A stretch of 64,000 bases of DNA, taken from assembly GCA_016218585.1 (NCBI GenBank), contig JACRDK010000031.1, positions 65,764 to 129,763 on the forward strand, given 5' to 3'. Position 1 is the first letter of the stretch; each line of letters begins with the position of its first letter. The DNA comes from Candidatus Doudnabacteria bacterium (lineage in GTDB: Bacteria; Patescibacteriota; Doudnabacteria; UBA920). The notes beneath the pieces were generated by a model. It was not told the DNA's origin. It saw only the letters and a list, made by a program, of their open reading frames with translations, and made no database searches. This document shows, piece after piece, positions 27,211 through 37,683 of the stretch. The translations under genes were made by a program, and so were the position numbers.

Positions 27211-27957
27211 ATGAAAAGTAAATTTTTTGTTTTGTGGTTTATGGGTTTAATAGGAGCGGCCGCGGTTCTCCCTTACGCTTTTACTTTGCAACGCGACATT
27301 ATTTCTAAAACCGGCCAGCCTCTCGCCGTAATAGTTCTGGCGTCCATTGCCCAAACTGCCGTGCTTTTGGCTGTGGCCGCCTTTTTCGGCTTAAAACTGG
27401 CAACCAGCTTAAACCTCCCCGTACTCGCGATTTTTAACCAGACGGAACAAACAAAAGAAAAACTTCCGGGATTTTTTCGCCTAACAATTTCCGCCGGAAT
27501 TATAACCGCCATTTTAATAACTCTTGGCGATAAAATATTTGGCCGCTATCTTCCCCAGCTGGCTGTGGCTAACAGCCAGGTGGCAATTTGGAAAACCTTG
27601 ATTGCCGCTCTTTACGGAGGAATAGTTGAAGAAATTTTAATGCGGCTTTTGGTAATGTCCTTGTTTGCCTGGATAATTGCCAAAATTTTTAAATCCGCCG
27701 AGCCGGTAAAAAATAATTTGCTTATGTGGTCCGCAATAATTATTTCCTCTGTTCTGTTTGGGCTTGGGCACTTACCCATAACCGCATCGCTTACCGCTAT
27801 AACACCGCTAGTTGTTGCCAGAGCAATTGTGTTAAATGGAATAGGCGGGCTTGTTTTTGGCTGGCTCTACTGGAAAAAAGGTTTGGAGTATGGAATGTTG
27901 ACGCATTTTACCGCAGATATTTTTCTGCTTGCCATTCTGCCGGCATTGTTAAAATAA
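27211..27957 (+). CDS. CPBP/Abi intramembrane metalloprotease
   Basis: EEILMR, FGLGH, H..AD motifs; multi-TM. Confidence 0.85.
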   Translation: MKSKFFVLWFMGLIGAAAVLPYAFTLQRDIISKTGQPLAVIVLASIAQTAVLLAVAAFFGLKLATSLNLPVLAIFNQTEQTKEKLPGFFRLTISAGIITAILITLGDKIFGRYLPQLAVANSQVAIWKTLIAALYGGIVEEILMRLLVMSLFAWIIAKIFKSAEPVKNNLLMWSAIIISSVLFGLGHLPITASLTAITPLVVARAIVLNGIGGLVFGWLYWKKGLEYGMLTHFTADIFLLAILPALLK

Positions 27958-28112
27958 TATTATTGAGTAAAATAAAAAAACGCTCTTGCCTAATTATTCA
28001 GGCGGGCGTTTTTGCTTTTTTTGGGCATCCTAAATATTCAAAAAAACTCTTTTCCCTTGCGGTCTTTCATATGTTATACTAGGAGCAAGCTTTAGTAATT
28101 AACCCTATATAT

Positions 28113-30950
28113 ATGCGCAAAATCACAAGAAAAATGGCTAATATAATAAAAGGCCTGTCGCCTTTTATTACTCTCGTAGTCGTATTATCTCAGTTTGCCC
28201 CATTGCCTAAAATAACGCCTACGGCGCAAGCGGCATCGCCGGTTTCTGTAAACATATACACGATGTCAGGAGACGGCAGCGTTCGCTACTGGAATAACAC
28301 CAAATTTCTTGTGGCCAGAAAAGCAGCAATAGGCAGAAATGTTTCTGCCAGCGGGGTAAATTTAGCCGCCGCTTCAGAAGGCGCTACAGGCTGGAATGAT
28401 GGCACAAATTGGGTAATTACCAGAACATTCCTTCCGTTTGACACTACTTCAATTCCAGCTAACGCAATAATTGATTCTGCCGTACTTAATGTTAAAGGCA
28501 GGTCTTTTGTTAAAGGCGGGCTTGTTTCCTTAGTTGCTTCGTATCAAGTAAACACCAAGACGTTAACGGACAACGATTATGGTTCTGTTATTTTTACCAG
28601 GCAAGCAGCGGACATTGACGCCGGTGTTTTTGGAACAACCGCTTCTATGCAAGCATGGCCGTTGAACACAACGGGAATTGCCAACATTAAAAAAGGTTCT
28701 ATTACTAAATTTGCCATTGTTACGGGGAATGATTTTAGCAACGTGGAGCCGCCAACAGGTGGGGCTAACAATTTCGGTTTAGCTGATATTTCAACTTCTA
28801 GAGCAAATCAGGCGGATAAGCCGTATTTAAAAATTACTTATCACATTAACCCCTACAACACAACAACTCCAACAACAACTCCAACAACAACTCCAACAAC
28901 AACTCCAACAACAACTCCAACAACAACTCCAACAACAACTCCAACAACAACTCCAACAACAACTCCAACAACAACTCCAACAACAACTCCGCCTGTCGCT
29001 CCCCCAGTGTATCCAAAACTTGTTGTTCAATTCCAAAACCCACAGGGCTCTGCTTTTTTCACTCAACCATACCAAAACCTCTCCTTCCCCATTCCTGTTA
29101 ATGGGCAATATTTTTATTCGGTTGGCGATAACAGAACCTCGGCTATACTTTTGCGAAAAGGAATGACTATTTATGTCTGCGACTTTCAAACTTTGGGCCA
29201 AGCTAAAATGCTGCAAATGATTCAGGATATAGGCCTAAGCCCAACAGCAACATACCCTTGGTATATTGACGGCCAATTATCTGACGTTGCAAAAAAAGTT
29301 CAAGCCGCCGGATTAGAACTCAATATAAACGCATCGCAAGGAACATTTATAATTGCCCCTAATGAAGGAATGTTTTTAGTAACTTTAGGGCGCGGAGTAT
29401 TTCAAGAAAAAACCGGAATAAGTTGGGATTCAATAACAAACAGATACAACATGGGCGATGTTTTAAGCGCAGGCTTTACTAGTTCTGCCGCGGATATTTC
29501 CATGTTTATACCGGAATTAGCTTCTAAAGCATCTCTTAATATTATTAAAGATTATCCAAACGGCTCGTACTTTTTCATTAACAATGAAAAAGGAACAGCG
29601 CAACAAATAACACCGGAAGCCGCGGCTGCCCTTAGTGCCGGCAAAATACAAGTAAACTCAATTATTGGAAACTTTGACAGCAGTGTGGCCCAGAGCCTTG
29701 GCCTTACGCTGCTTTCCGGGTTTGACACAAACGCACAAAATTTTGCCACTTACGGCGATGCAAGTGAGGTAATTACCAGAACAATTTCTCCTGTAAACCC
29801 TTATGCAGCCGACCTAACATCTAGCTTAACCGGGAGTATATTTAAAGCACGTTCCTTGGCAGAGAATTTAGCTGCTGCTGGAGCAACCCCAGCACAAATT
29901 GCCGCGCTAGTTGCCGCTGCTCCTACGGCTGCACAAGCTGCCCAAGCTATTTTAGACGCCTCCGCTGGCGGCGGACAAGCCGCTTTGGCAAACGCTAACT
30001 ATATTATTACTCCGAGGCAACTAGCCATTGTAACAGGTGCTCAGTATGTTGATCCTGCGTCACTCCCCCCGGCAACTGTTGTGGCAACCAGCAGTTCAGG
30101 CTCAATCTTAAATGCACCGGAAGCAGGGTCACTGTTTTATTTACCAGACGATAATGGATTCGTATGTTATATTACGACTTGTCATATAGCAAGCACTGAT
30201 TGGACTGGCATTGGCGGAATCCCTCTGCCAATAGTTCCTAACTATTTTTTGACCTGGAATAAGCCGTTTGTTAACTTAGGGACCAACATATTTTCTACAA
30301 CGGCAATAGCCAACAGCACTGCCATAGTATCCGAAGCTGTAAGACTAAATATCCTTAAACAAGTTGAAGCCCAACCAAAATTAATTTATAACAATACTCA
30401 AGTTATTTCTCCAGACAAATGGTACTATCAGAAAGACCCTTACATTTTGAGCAACTACCCAAATACAACTTTGGGGCCTGATGAATACTGCCTAATAACA
30501 AGCGGAGTAATTGCTGGATATTCGATGGTTAAATCTACAACCAGCTCAGTTGTTTCGAGCGGCTCAATTTTGATGGCAAATCTAGAAAATGGCTCGTGGA
30601 CCACCAGTTCATCTGCTTTGCGTGGTATTCAAGAAATCAATAGCAGTCTGGCGGCAGGCATACCAATTATTGTCGGTGTTAACAGATTTAACCAGCCTGT
30701 AGCAAATGGAAAAGTAAGCAATGCAACAGAACACTGGGTTGTAATTGTCGGCTCCTCAGTTGCCCCTGATGGATCTCAATACTACAGATTCTATGATGCC
30801 GGCACAAGTCAAAAAGATAAAGGCACGTCTGACCAAGCGAAATTATTTATAAACAACCTTACTCTAAGACTTACTGGAAAGCGCCAATATATTACAAACG
30901 ACCACCCAGAAGAAGTCACATACACAGTTACGGAAGTTTTACTCCGCTAG
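28113..30950 (+). CDS. secreted modular protein: DNRLRE-like N-domain, (TTTP)11 linker, C-terminal papain/C39-like domain
   Basis: Signal peptide; RTFLPFDTTSIPANAIIDSAVLNV; C-terminal C...PIIVGV...TEHWVVIVG...FYDAGT. Confidence 0.7.
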   Translation: MRKITRKMANIIKGLSPFITLVVVLSQFAPLPKITPTAQAASPVSVNIYTMSGDGSVRYWNNTKFLVARKAAIGRNVSASGVNLAAASEGATGWNDGTNWVITRTFLPFDTTSIPANAIIDSAVLNVKGRSFVKGGLVSLVASYQVNTKTLTDNDYGSVIFTRQAADIDAGVFGTTASMQAWPLNTTGIANIKKGSITKFAIVTGNDFSNVEPPTGGANNFGLADISTSRANQADKPYLKITYHINPYNTTTPTTTPTTTPTTTPTTTPTTTPTTTPTTTPTTTPTTTPTTTPPVAPPVYPKLVVQFQNPQGSAFFTQPYQNLSFPIPVNGQYFYSVGDNRTSAILLRKGMTIYVCDFQTLGQAKMLQMIQDIGLSPTATYPWYIDGQLSDVAKKVQAAGLELNINASQGTFIIAPNEGMFLVTLGRGVFQEKTGISWDSITNRYNMGDVLSAGFTSSAADISMFIPELASKASLNIIKDYPNGSYFFINNEKGTAQQITPEAAAALSAGKIQVNSIIGNFDSSVAQSLGLTLLSGFDTNAQNFATYGDASEVITRTISPVNPYAADLTSSLTGSIFKARSLAENLAAAGATPAQIAALVAAAPTAAQAAQAILDASAGGGQAALANANYIITPRQLAIVTGAQYVDPASLPPATVVATSSSGSILNAPEAGSLFYLPDDNGFVCYITTCHIASTDWTGIGGIPLPIVPNYFLTWNKPFVNLGTNIFSTTAIANSTAIVSEAVRLNILKQVEAQPKLIYNNTQVISPDKWYYQKDPYILSNYPNTTLGPDEYCLITSGVIAGYSMVKSTTSSVVSSGSILMANLENGSWTTSSSALRGIQEINSSLAAGIPIIVGVNRFNQPVANGKVSNATEHWVVIVGSSVAPDGSQYYRFYDAGTSQKDKGTSDQAKLFINNLTLRLTGKRQYITNDHPEEVTYTVTEVLLR
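28860..28991 (+). repeat. 12-bp tandem repeat x11 (acaacaactcca) encoding TTTP
   Basis: Read directly from sequence. Confidence 0.95.
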
Positions 30951-31005
30951 CCGTAAAAATTTAAAAAACGCTCCTTAAAATAATTTAAAGGGAGCGTTTT
31001 TTATT

Positions 31006-31704
31006 TTACTTTTGTTGGTGTTCTAATAGCTCATTAACAGTTAACAGGTTATAGCCTTGTTCTTTTAGTCCGGCTATTACTTTAGGGATAGCTTCCAAAT
31101 CTGACCGGTTATACATTGGATGCAAAATAATTATGGAACCAGGACTTACGTTGTCTAAAACATATTTGGCAATTTGGTCGGAACTTTTGTTACTGTCTAC
31201 TTCTATATTCCACATTATAGTTTTCATCCCCAACTTATTTGCGTACCAGGGAAGAAATAGCAGCTTCTTGCCGTAAGGCGGGCGAAAATTTATTACTCCG
31301 GCAAAACCGGTTTTCCTAATTTCTTCATTTGTTTTTCCCAGCTCGCTGCTAATAAATGATGGGCTTTTAAACACCATCCGCTGGTGCGTATAAGAATGAT
31401 TGCCAAGTTCGCTCCCTTGTTCAAAAATTGCTTTGCCGAGCTCGGGATTTTTTTCCAATGATTCGCCGACCACAAAAAAAGTTGCTTTAACATTTTGCTC
31501 TGACAAATATTTTAAAATCTCCGGCGTATTAGCGGTTGGTCCGTCGTCAAAAGTTAGGGCCACAATTTTTTCGGTGGTGTTAACTTTGGCGGTTAAGTTG
31601 CCAAAGACCTGAGAGGTTCTGGCATTCATCCAAAAATATAAAACCGCAGCAGTAAAAGTTAAACAAAGCAGAATTATAAATACAATCTTAAGAAATTTCT
31701 TCAT
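31006..31704 (-). CDS. polysaccharide/peptidoglycan deacetylase (NodB)
   Basis: TFDDGP, HSYTH, FRPPYG, IIILH motifs; N-terminal TM. Confidence 0.9.
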   Translation of the reverse strand: MKKFLKIVFIILLCLTFTAAVLYFWMNARTSQVFGNLTAKVNTTEKIVALTFDDGPTANTPEILKYLSEQNVKATFFVVGESLEKNPELGKAIFEQGSELGNHSYTHQRMVFKSPSFISSELGKTNEEIRKTGFAGVINFRPPYGKKLLFLPWYANKLGMKTIMWNIEVDSNKSSDQIAKYVLDNVSPGSIIILHPMYNRSDLEAIPKVIAGLKEQGYNLLTVNELLEHQQK

Positions 31705-31912
31705 AAACCAATTATATACTCATATAAAAATTATTACTACCAGCGCGGCGGCGGCCGGAAGTAAGCTTTAAATCTCTATATTTTTGTGTATAAATATGCC
31801 AAAAACATTGATTTTTTAACAAAAAATGAGGTTACAATAATAAAAAAAGTAGTGTATGATAAAATTAAATATTGGCATTCCGGAAACAAAGCCACAAAAT
31901 TAAATAATCTAT

Positions 31913-32098
31913 ATGAACCACCTTCACCATTGGCTAGAGCAGCATTTGGATTGGTATAAAAAATGGCACCAGTCCCCATACTCTAATAGCCTCCATATGA
32001 TAATTTTTCTGCTAATGGCCGCGATTGATATTTGGTTAGTCAACCGGCTCATTAACGCAGTTTCATTAGTAACCCATTATGCCTATGCCATACGTTAA
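31913..32098 (+). CDS. small membrane protein upstream of the pilin
   Basis: 61 aa, His/Trp-rich N-terminus plus TM; overlaps the pilin start. Confidence 0.45.
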   Translation: MNHLHHWLEQHLDWYKKWHQSPYSNSLHMIIFLLMAAIDIWLVNRLINAVSLVTHYAYAIR

Positions 32099-33308
32099 AG
32101 AGCGTCTTTCTTCCCGAGCTGCGGGCTTGGAAAGAAAAAAGAACGCCTCAGGTTTCACGCTTATTGAACTTCTGGTGGTAATCGCGATTTTAGGATTGCT
32201 TGCCTCCGTGGTTTTAGTTTCCACCAACAGCGCAAGAATAAAAGCCCGCGACGCAAAACGCGCCGCCGACTTTAGCCAACTGTCTAAAGCTTTGGAACTC
32301 TATTATAGCAATCATAACCAGTACCCCACTCTCACGGTCTCCATAGACAACTGCTGGGTAGACAATAGCTGCGACAGTAAAATGGACATTAACTGGACCG
32401 GAATGATAAACGCGCTGCGTTCCGATAAAGTTTTAGCGGAAGAAAAATTTGAAAGCTTCCCAGACGATGGTTTTATGTTCACTGAAAAAGTTAAGGCAGC
32501 AGGCGCGGCAATACAAGACCCGCGCTATCCCGCCCAACGGTACGGCTATATGGTGTCGGCAACCCCGCTTAACCAAAATTATCGTATGCGAGCCATGCTG
32601 GAAGAATTAAAAAACCCAATCCTTAATAGCGGGGTAAAAGGCTCGTTTATGTTTTATGATGAAAACGAAACTACCGACCCTTCTGTTTCGTGTTCTCCGG
32701 CAATTGGTTATTATTGCGTTGGGCCTTCCAGCAGCAGCTTTACCACCTTCTATCCCGGCAAGCCTGTAATTTACCTTTACCCGACTTATGCCCAAAATGT
32801 TACTGTGAAAGTTTTTCCAAAAACAATTACAGATTCCGTACCGGCTTACGGCGATGGCTGGAAAGTTTTTGCCCATCCGAACGGGCGCCTGACAAACTTA
32901 AGCGACGGACAAACCTACCCCTACTTGTTCTGGGATGGAATCTCAGGCAAGCCAACTGTTAACACAAATAAAGGTTTTGTGGTAAAAGAAGCGGACATAA
33001 AATCATTTTTAGCTGACAGCTTAAAAAAACAGGGATTAATTGAAAATGAAGCTAATGAGTTTATTGAATACTGGGCTCCATTAATGAGCGGTAAGCCATA
33101 CGTTTATGTTTACTTCATGCCGCAACCGGATTATGACAAACTCGTTCCTATGGAGATTGAACCAAAACCCGAAACTCTAATTCGCGTATATATGTTGTTC
33201 AAAAAACTAGAAACTTACGTTGAAGTTCAACCTCAAGAATTCAACCCGCCAAAACGCCGCGGTTTTACGGCTGTAGAATGGGGCGGCGACAGAAGCCAGC
33301 TCCGCTAA
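32079..33308 (+). CDS. type IV pilin/pseudopilin fused to a KPVIYLYP-type domain
   Basis: GFTLIELLVVIAILGLLAS..ARDAKR; C-terminal KPVIYLYP, YPYLFWDG, EFIEYW, PKPETLIRVYM, VEWGG. Confidence 0.85.
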   Translation: MPMPYVKERLSSRAAGLERKKNASGFTLIELLVVIAILGLLASVVLVSTNSARIKARDAKRAADFSQLSKALELYYSNHNQYPTLTVSIDNCWVDNSCDSKMDINWTGMINALRSDKVLAEEKFESFPDDGFMFTEKVKAAGAAIQDPRYPAQRYGYMVSATPLNQNYRMRAMLEELKNPILNSGVKGSFMFYDENETTDPSVSCSPAIGYYCVGPSSSSFTTFYPGKPVIYLYPTYAQNVTVKVFPKTITDSVPAYGDGWKVFAHPNGRLTNLSDGQTYPYLFWDGISGKPTVNTNKGFVVKEADIKSFLADSLKKQGLIENEANEFIEYWAPLMSGKPYVYVYFMPQPDYDKLVPMEIEPKPETLIRVYMLFKKLETYVEVQPQEFNPPKRRGFTAVEWGGDRSQLR

Positions 33309-33434
33309 ATATAAACAAAACCCCAGACAGTTTGTTTGGGGTTTTTAATTATGTTTTTTATTTTAATGCCGAAACAAACATATTATTTTATCGTTATAAA
33401 TATATAATTAACCTGGTAAGGAGGTGCTTTATTT

Positions 33435-33617
33435 ATGCCAAAATATGGAAAACTTGCCCAGACTAAGGTTAAACGAGCTCTTCATGAAATGAAGAGAGGG
33501 AAACTAAAAAGCGGCCGCAGCGGTAAAGCCGTACGAAACCCAAAACAGGCCATTGCCATTGGGCTTTCGGAAGCAAAAAAAGCCGGCGGCAAAGTCCCAA
33601 AAAAATCACGGGGATGA
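33435..33617 (+). CDS. small basic protein (DUF6496-like)
   Basis: HEMKRGKLKSGRSGK.V.NPKQAIAIGLSEA; SD AAGGAGG. Confidence 0.8.
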   Translation: MPKYGKLAQTKVKRALHEMKRGKLKSGRSGKAVRNPKQAIAIGLSEAKKAGGKVPKKSRG

Positions 33618-33649
33618 AAAAAATATTTAATAATTAAAAATAAAAATAT

Positions 33650-33889
33650 ATGGGTATTATACTTTGGATAATTTTTGGAGGGTTAGTTGGTTGGATAGCC
33701 TCCTCTATGACAGGCGCAGGCGGCGGAGCAATTATGAATATTGTTTTAGGGATAGTGGGGGCAATAATTGGCGGTTGGATAATGAGTTACTTTGGCAAAA
33801 CCGGAGTAACCGGTTTTAACCTCTACAGCTTTCTGGTTGCGCTGCTCGGGGCTGTGGTACTTATTAGCATTGTCAGGCTTTTTAGCTAA
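33650..33889 (+). CDS. GlsB/YeaQ/YmgE stress-response membrane protein
   Basis: WIIFGGLVGWIAS...NIVLGIVGAIIGG...GFNLYSFLVALLGAVV. Confidence 0.9.
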   Translation: MGIILWIIFGGLVGWIASSMTGAGGGAIMNIVLGIVGAIIGGWIMSYFGKTGVTGFNLYSFLVALLGAVVLISIVRLFS

Positions 33890-33980
33890 GTCGCTCAAAC
33901 TAAAAACAAACCATCGGCAAATGCCGGTGGTTTGTTAAGCTTATGATATAATTAAGCAAACAATTTATTATATTGAACCT

Positions 33981-34892
33981 ATGAAAAAAATAACCCCTCA
34001 CTTATGGTTTGACAAGGAAGCAAAGGAAGCGGCAAATTTTTATGCCAGCGTCTTCCCGGATTCAAAAATTACTTACAATTCAACCCTGCACGAAACGCCT
34101 ACCGACACGGGAGACACCGACGTTGTTTCTTTTGAAATCTCCGGCCAGCCGTTTATGGCAATTAGCGCCGGACCCGTATTCAAACTGAATCCTTCAATTT
34201 CTTTTTTTGTAAACTTCGACCCAGCCAAAGACAGCTCAGCCAAAGAACATTTAACCGAACTTTGGGAAAAACTTTCCCAGGGCGGCACGGCTTTAATGGG
34301 TTTAGACAAATATCCTTTTAGCGAACTCTACGGCTGGATCCAGGACAAATACGGAGTCTCCTGGCAATTAATGCTTACTAACCCATCCGGAGAAGAACGT
34401 CCTTTTATTATTCCTTCCTTGCTGTTTACCGGCGCGGTCGCAGGACGTGCGGAAGAGGCTATAAAATTTTACACCTCAATTTTTAAAGACGGCAAAATCG
34501 GCACTCTCGCCCGTTATGGAAAAGGAATGGAGCCGGACAAAGAAGGCAGTTTAATGTTTGCGGACTTTAATATTATGAGCACCTGGCTGGCGGCTATGGA
34601 CAGCGCGCACGACCATAAGTTTAATTTTAACGAAGCCATTTCACTGCTTGTCCCCTGCGAAAGCCAGGAAGAAATAGATTACTACTGGGAAAAACTTTCG
34701 GCCGACCCCGCGGCGGAGCAATGCGGCTGGCTAAAAGATAAGTTCGGCGTTTCCTGGCAAGTCTGGCCAACGGCTATGGGAGAAATGATGTCTAAAGGCA
34801 CGCCCGAACAAATCGCCCGGGTAACCAAAGCCTTTATGCCAATGAAAAAGTTTAACCTGGAAGAACTGCAAAAAGCCTTTGACGGGAAATAA
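33981..34892 (+). CDS. two-domain VOC (3-demethylubiquinone-9 3-methyltransferase-like) protein
   Basis: KITPHLWFDKEAKEAANFY; two D(K)YG/FGVSWQ motifs. Confidence 0.9.
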   Translation: MKKITPHLWFDKEAKEAANFYASVFPDSKITYNSTLHETPTDTGDTDVVSFEISGQPFMAISAGPVFKLNPSISFFVNFDPAKDSSAKEHLTELWEKLSQGGTALMGLDKYPFSELYGWIQDKYGVSWQLMLTNPSGEERPFIIPSLLFTGAVAGRAEEAIKFYTSIFKDGKIGTLARYGKGMEPDKEGSLMFADFNIMSTWLAAMDSAHDHKFNFNEAISLLVPCESQEEIDYYWEKLSADPAAEQCGWLKDKFGVSWQVWPTAMGEMMSKGTPEQIARVTKAFMPMKKFNLEELQKAFDGK

Positions 34893-35008
34893 AACACGGT
34901 TTTATACAAAAAGCCTAAAATACTTAGGCTTTTTTGTTTTATCTGCGCGCTACCAAATAACAAGTCTGTTATATAAACAACAAATTGGCAAAGTGCTATA
35001 ATTTAGCT

Positions 35009-36061
35009 ATGAAAAATATAAATTGGCAAAAAGTAGTTACTCGGGAATTCTCATTTTTATGGGCCTCATATACAGCGGAGGCTTATCGAGTCATGCAAAA
35101 ACTGACAGGGACAACACTTAAATTCAACCTCTTTTATACGGAAGGCAGGACGCTTACCATATACCGCGACCCAAAAGATGTTGCCAAATCATATAGGCTT
35201 ATTGAGAAACTTACAAAATCCAATCCCCAAAAAGCTTTGGAAAATATGGATAATTTTGAAAATTATTTTGAGGAAGGAATAAATCTTTTTAAAAAAATTA
35301 CTAATTCAACCAACAACAAGAATCAAATAGCTAAAATGCTTTTAGAATTTGATAAAACTTTTGTAAAGATTATTAGCTATTATTTATTTGTTGTATTTTT
35401 AGGATATGCTGGGGATTCGCCGGCTAATAAAAGATTTATCAGCCTAAACAAAACTCAATTTGAGAGGATAAGGATGTCAACCATGGATGCTGATTTTCAT
35501 ATTTTTTTACCGAAAGCATTTTCAAAATTCAACAACAAATTAAAAAACAATGCTCTATTTATGACGCGCGATGAGTTAATTGGCGCATTAAATAAAAAAG
35601 TTGTCTCGTGGCCTAAAGTAAAGCATAGAAAAAAGAATGCTTTAATAATAGTAAAAGATAGCAAAGAAAAAGAGATTCAATCCAGCAAAATTATATTCAC
35701 GTTAAAAAAAGAACTGTCGCATCTTCGTTTTAATAAACACGCAAAAATCATTAAAGGGGCAGTTGCGTACAAAGGGTTAATTAAAGGACGGGTAATAAAA
35801 ATTTCAAAAAAAAGCGAGTACAACCTAATTTCCAAAGGGGATATTTTAGTTATCTCAATGACCAAGCCGGATATCATCCCCTATTTAAAAAAGGTAAAGG
35901 GTATAATTACCAATGACGGCGGAGCATTATCACATGCGTCAATACTTTCCAGGGAGCTTAAAATTCCTTGTATTGTTGGAACAATGTACGCCACAGATAT
36001 TTTAAACAGCGGCGATTTAGTTGTTCTGGACGCAAACACCGGGATTATCAAAAAACTTTAA
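35009..36061 (+). CDS. protein with C-terminal PEP-utilising mobile (phospho-His) domain
   Basis: GDILVISMTKPD..GIITNDGGALSHASILSRELKIPCIVG. Confidence 0.85.
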   Translation: MKNINWQKVVTREFSFLWASYTAEAYRVMQKLTGTTLKFNLFYTEGRTLTIYRDPKDVAKSYRLIEKLTKSNPQKALENMDNFENYFEEGINLFKKITNSTNNKNQIAKMLLEFDKTFVKIISYYLFVVFLGYAGDSPANKRFISLNKTQFERIRMSTMDADFHIFLPKAFSKFNNKLKNNALFMTRDELIGALNKKVVSWPKVKHRKKNALIIVKDSKEKEIQSSKIIFTLKKELSHLRFNKHAKIIKGAVAYKGLIKGRVIKISKKSEYNLISKGDILVISMTKPDIIPYLKKVKGIITNDGGALSHASILSRELKIPCIVGTMYATDILNSGDLVVLDANTGIIKKL

Positions 36062-36063
36062 TT

Positions 36064-36933
36064 ATGCATTTTTCCGAATTCATAACAATCAAAAGGCGGA
36101 AATTTAAACTTGTTAAAGTTCGCCAATATCAGGACGTAGGAATTTACTGCTATAAAAACTCATTTTGTAGGATTGGTAATGCCGAAGAAATTAACAGGGA
36201 AATTATTAAGCATAACCAAATTTCTTCCCATAATTTTCCCATGGCAAAAATACTTGAGCAGGGCAAATTTAAAAACCAGGCGTACTATATAGAAAGCTCT
36301 TTAGGTAAAAAGCATTTTGGGGAAATTTTTGCCGAAGAGGCAAAGCATCATAAAAAAATCTCCGACAAAACTTTTGACGAATTTTTAAAGATTACTATTC
36401 GGTTCGCCATAGCACAGTTAAGCAGTAAAAAAACCGGCGGGAACTTCCCGGCTTTTGGCAAAGCTATCCATCTAAATGTATTAGCCAAAGAACTTCCGGC
36501 CTACAAAAACAAAATCCTTGGTAAATTTGTCGAAGCTAAAACAAAACTGCAAATTTATCCGTTTGTGTTAACCCACGGAGATTTTAACCCATACAATCTT
36601 TACAAAAAAGGCGTAATAGATTTTGAGCATTTGCATTACGGGCCAGCAGGTTATGACTTAGTAACCAATATTTTTACCGTGTCTTATTTTCCTAAAACCG
36701 GCCGCTATGAATTTATAGCTAAGTATAACTTTAGTAAACACCAAATAAAAAAATATCTTAACGCCTTGGATTCTTTATACCAAAGCCACGGTCTGCCAAA
36801 AATTTCCAGCAATTATAAATACTTTGGTTTTTGCCGCGCAATTTTGCAAACAGTCAGAATGCAAAAATTTCCTAAAATCCAAGAATACAGATACAAAAAA
36901 TTTATAAAAATGTATCTCAAACAAAATAGATAA
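36064..36933 (+). CDS. APH/choline-kinase-like phosphotransferase
   Basis: THGDFNPYN..GVIDFE..GPAGYDL. Confidence 0.8.
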   Translation: MHFSEFITIKRRKFKLVKVRQYQDVGIYCYKNSFCRIGNAEEINREIIKHNQISSHNFPMAKILEQGKFKNQAYYIESSLGKKHFGEIFAEEAKHHKKISDKTFDEFLKITIRFAIAQLSSKKTGGNFPAFGKAIHLNVLAKELPAYKNKILGKFVEAKTKLQIYPFVLTHGDFNPYNLYKKGVIDFEHLHYGPAGYDLVTNIFTVSYFPKTGRYEFIAKYNFSKHQIKKYLNALDSLYQSHGLPKISSNYKYFGFCRAILQTVRMQKFPKIQEYRYKKFIKMYLKQNR

Positions 36934-37009
36934 CTAAGTCATGGCCAAAGACCTCGCGTAAAGTTAAGAAAAATGCTACTATTATTAAACAATTAATAAC
37001 CATAAGAAA

Positions 37010-37639
37010 ATGATACACAAACACCATCTCAAACAAGCCTGCCAAATTTGGCTGCCTATGGCAGTTATTACGGTTATTTTGGCCGGATTAGTTTATGCTG
37101 CCGTGCAGCAAAATTACCGCCAGTCCGCTAATGACCCGCAAATTCAAATTGCCCGCGATGTGGCCGATGCCATTGTCCGCGGCGACGCCCAAGCCGACGG
37201 AATAGTTCCTCCCACCCCAACTTCGGAACTTGCAAACAGCCTCGCAACTTTTGTTGCTGTTTACTCCGCCACCGGCACGCCAATTGGCGCTTCGGTAAGT
37301 GTGGACGGAAAATTGCCAACTTTGCCGGTTGGGGTATTTTTAGCAGCAGCGCAAAAAGGAGAGAATCGTTTTACCTGGCAGCCAAAAACCGGCGTAAGAG
37401 TGGCGGCTGTTTTGGAAAGCTTTAAAGGCAAGGATTCCGGTTACATTTTAGTCGGACGCTCTATTAGAGAAGTAGAAGTGCGCATTGCCCAGCTCACAAT
37501 TATGACAGGCATTGCTACAGCTCTGGCTTTAATTTTAAGCTACCTCGCAGTTCTATGGTATGCCATGCAGGTTATAAAGCCTGAACACCATGAACACATA
37601 CACGAACACACCGAAGAGCATCACCATCACGCAGCGTAA
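37010..37639 (+). CDS. 2-TM membrane protein with sensor-like loop and His-rich tail
   Basis: TM-QQNYRQSANDPQ..TWQP..TM; C-terminus HHEHIHEHTEEHHHHAA. Confidence 0.7.
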   Translation: MIHKHHLKQACQIWLPMAVITVILAGLVYAAVQQNYRQSANDPQIQIARDVADAIVRGDAQADGIVPPTPTSELANSLATFVAVYSATGTPIGASVSVDGKLPTLPVGVFLAAAQKGENRFTWQPKTGVRVAAVLESFKGKDSGYILVGRSIREVEVRIAQLTIMTGIATALALILSYLAVLWYAMQVIKPEHHEHIHEHTEEHHHHAA

Positions 37640-37683
37640 ATAATTTAAAATCCCCATTCCTGAAAATAGGAATGGGGATTTTT

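Noticed and set aside
28827-29216. SCCW- and LLEL-repeat ORFs
   Set aside because: Antisense translations of the 12-bp TTTP repeat
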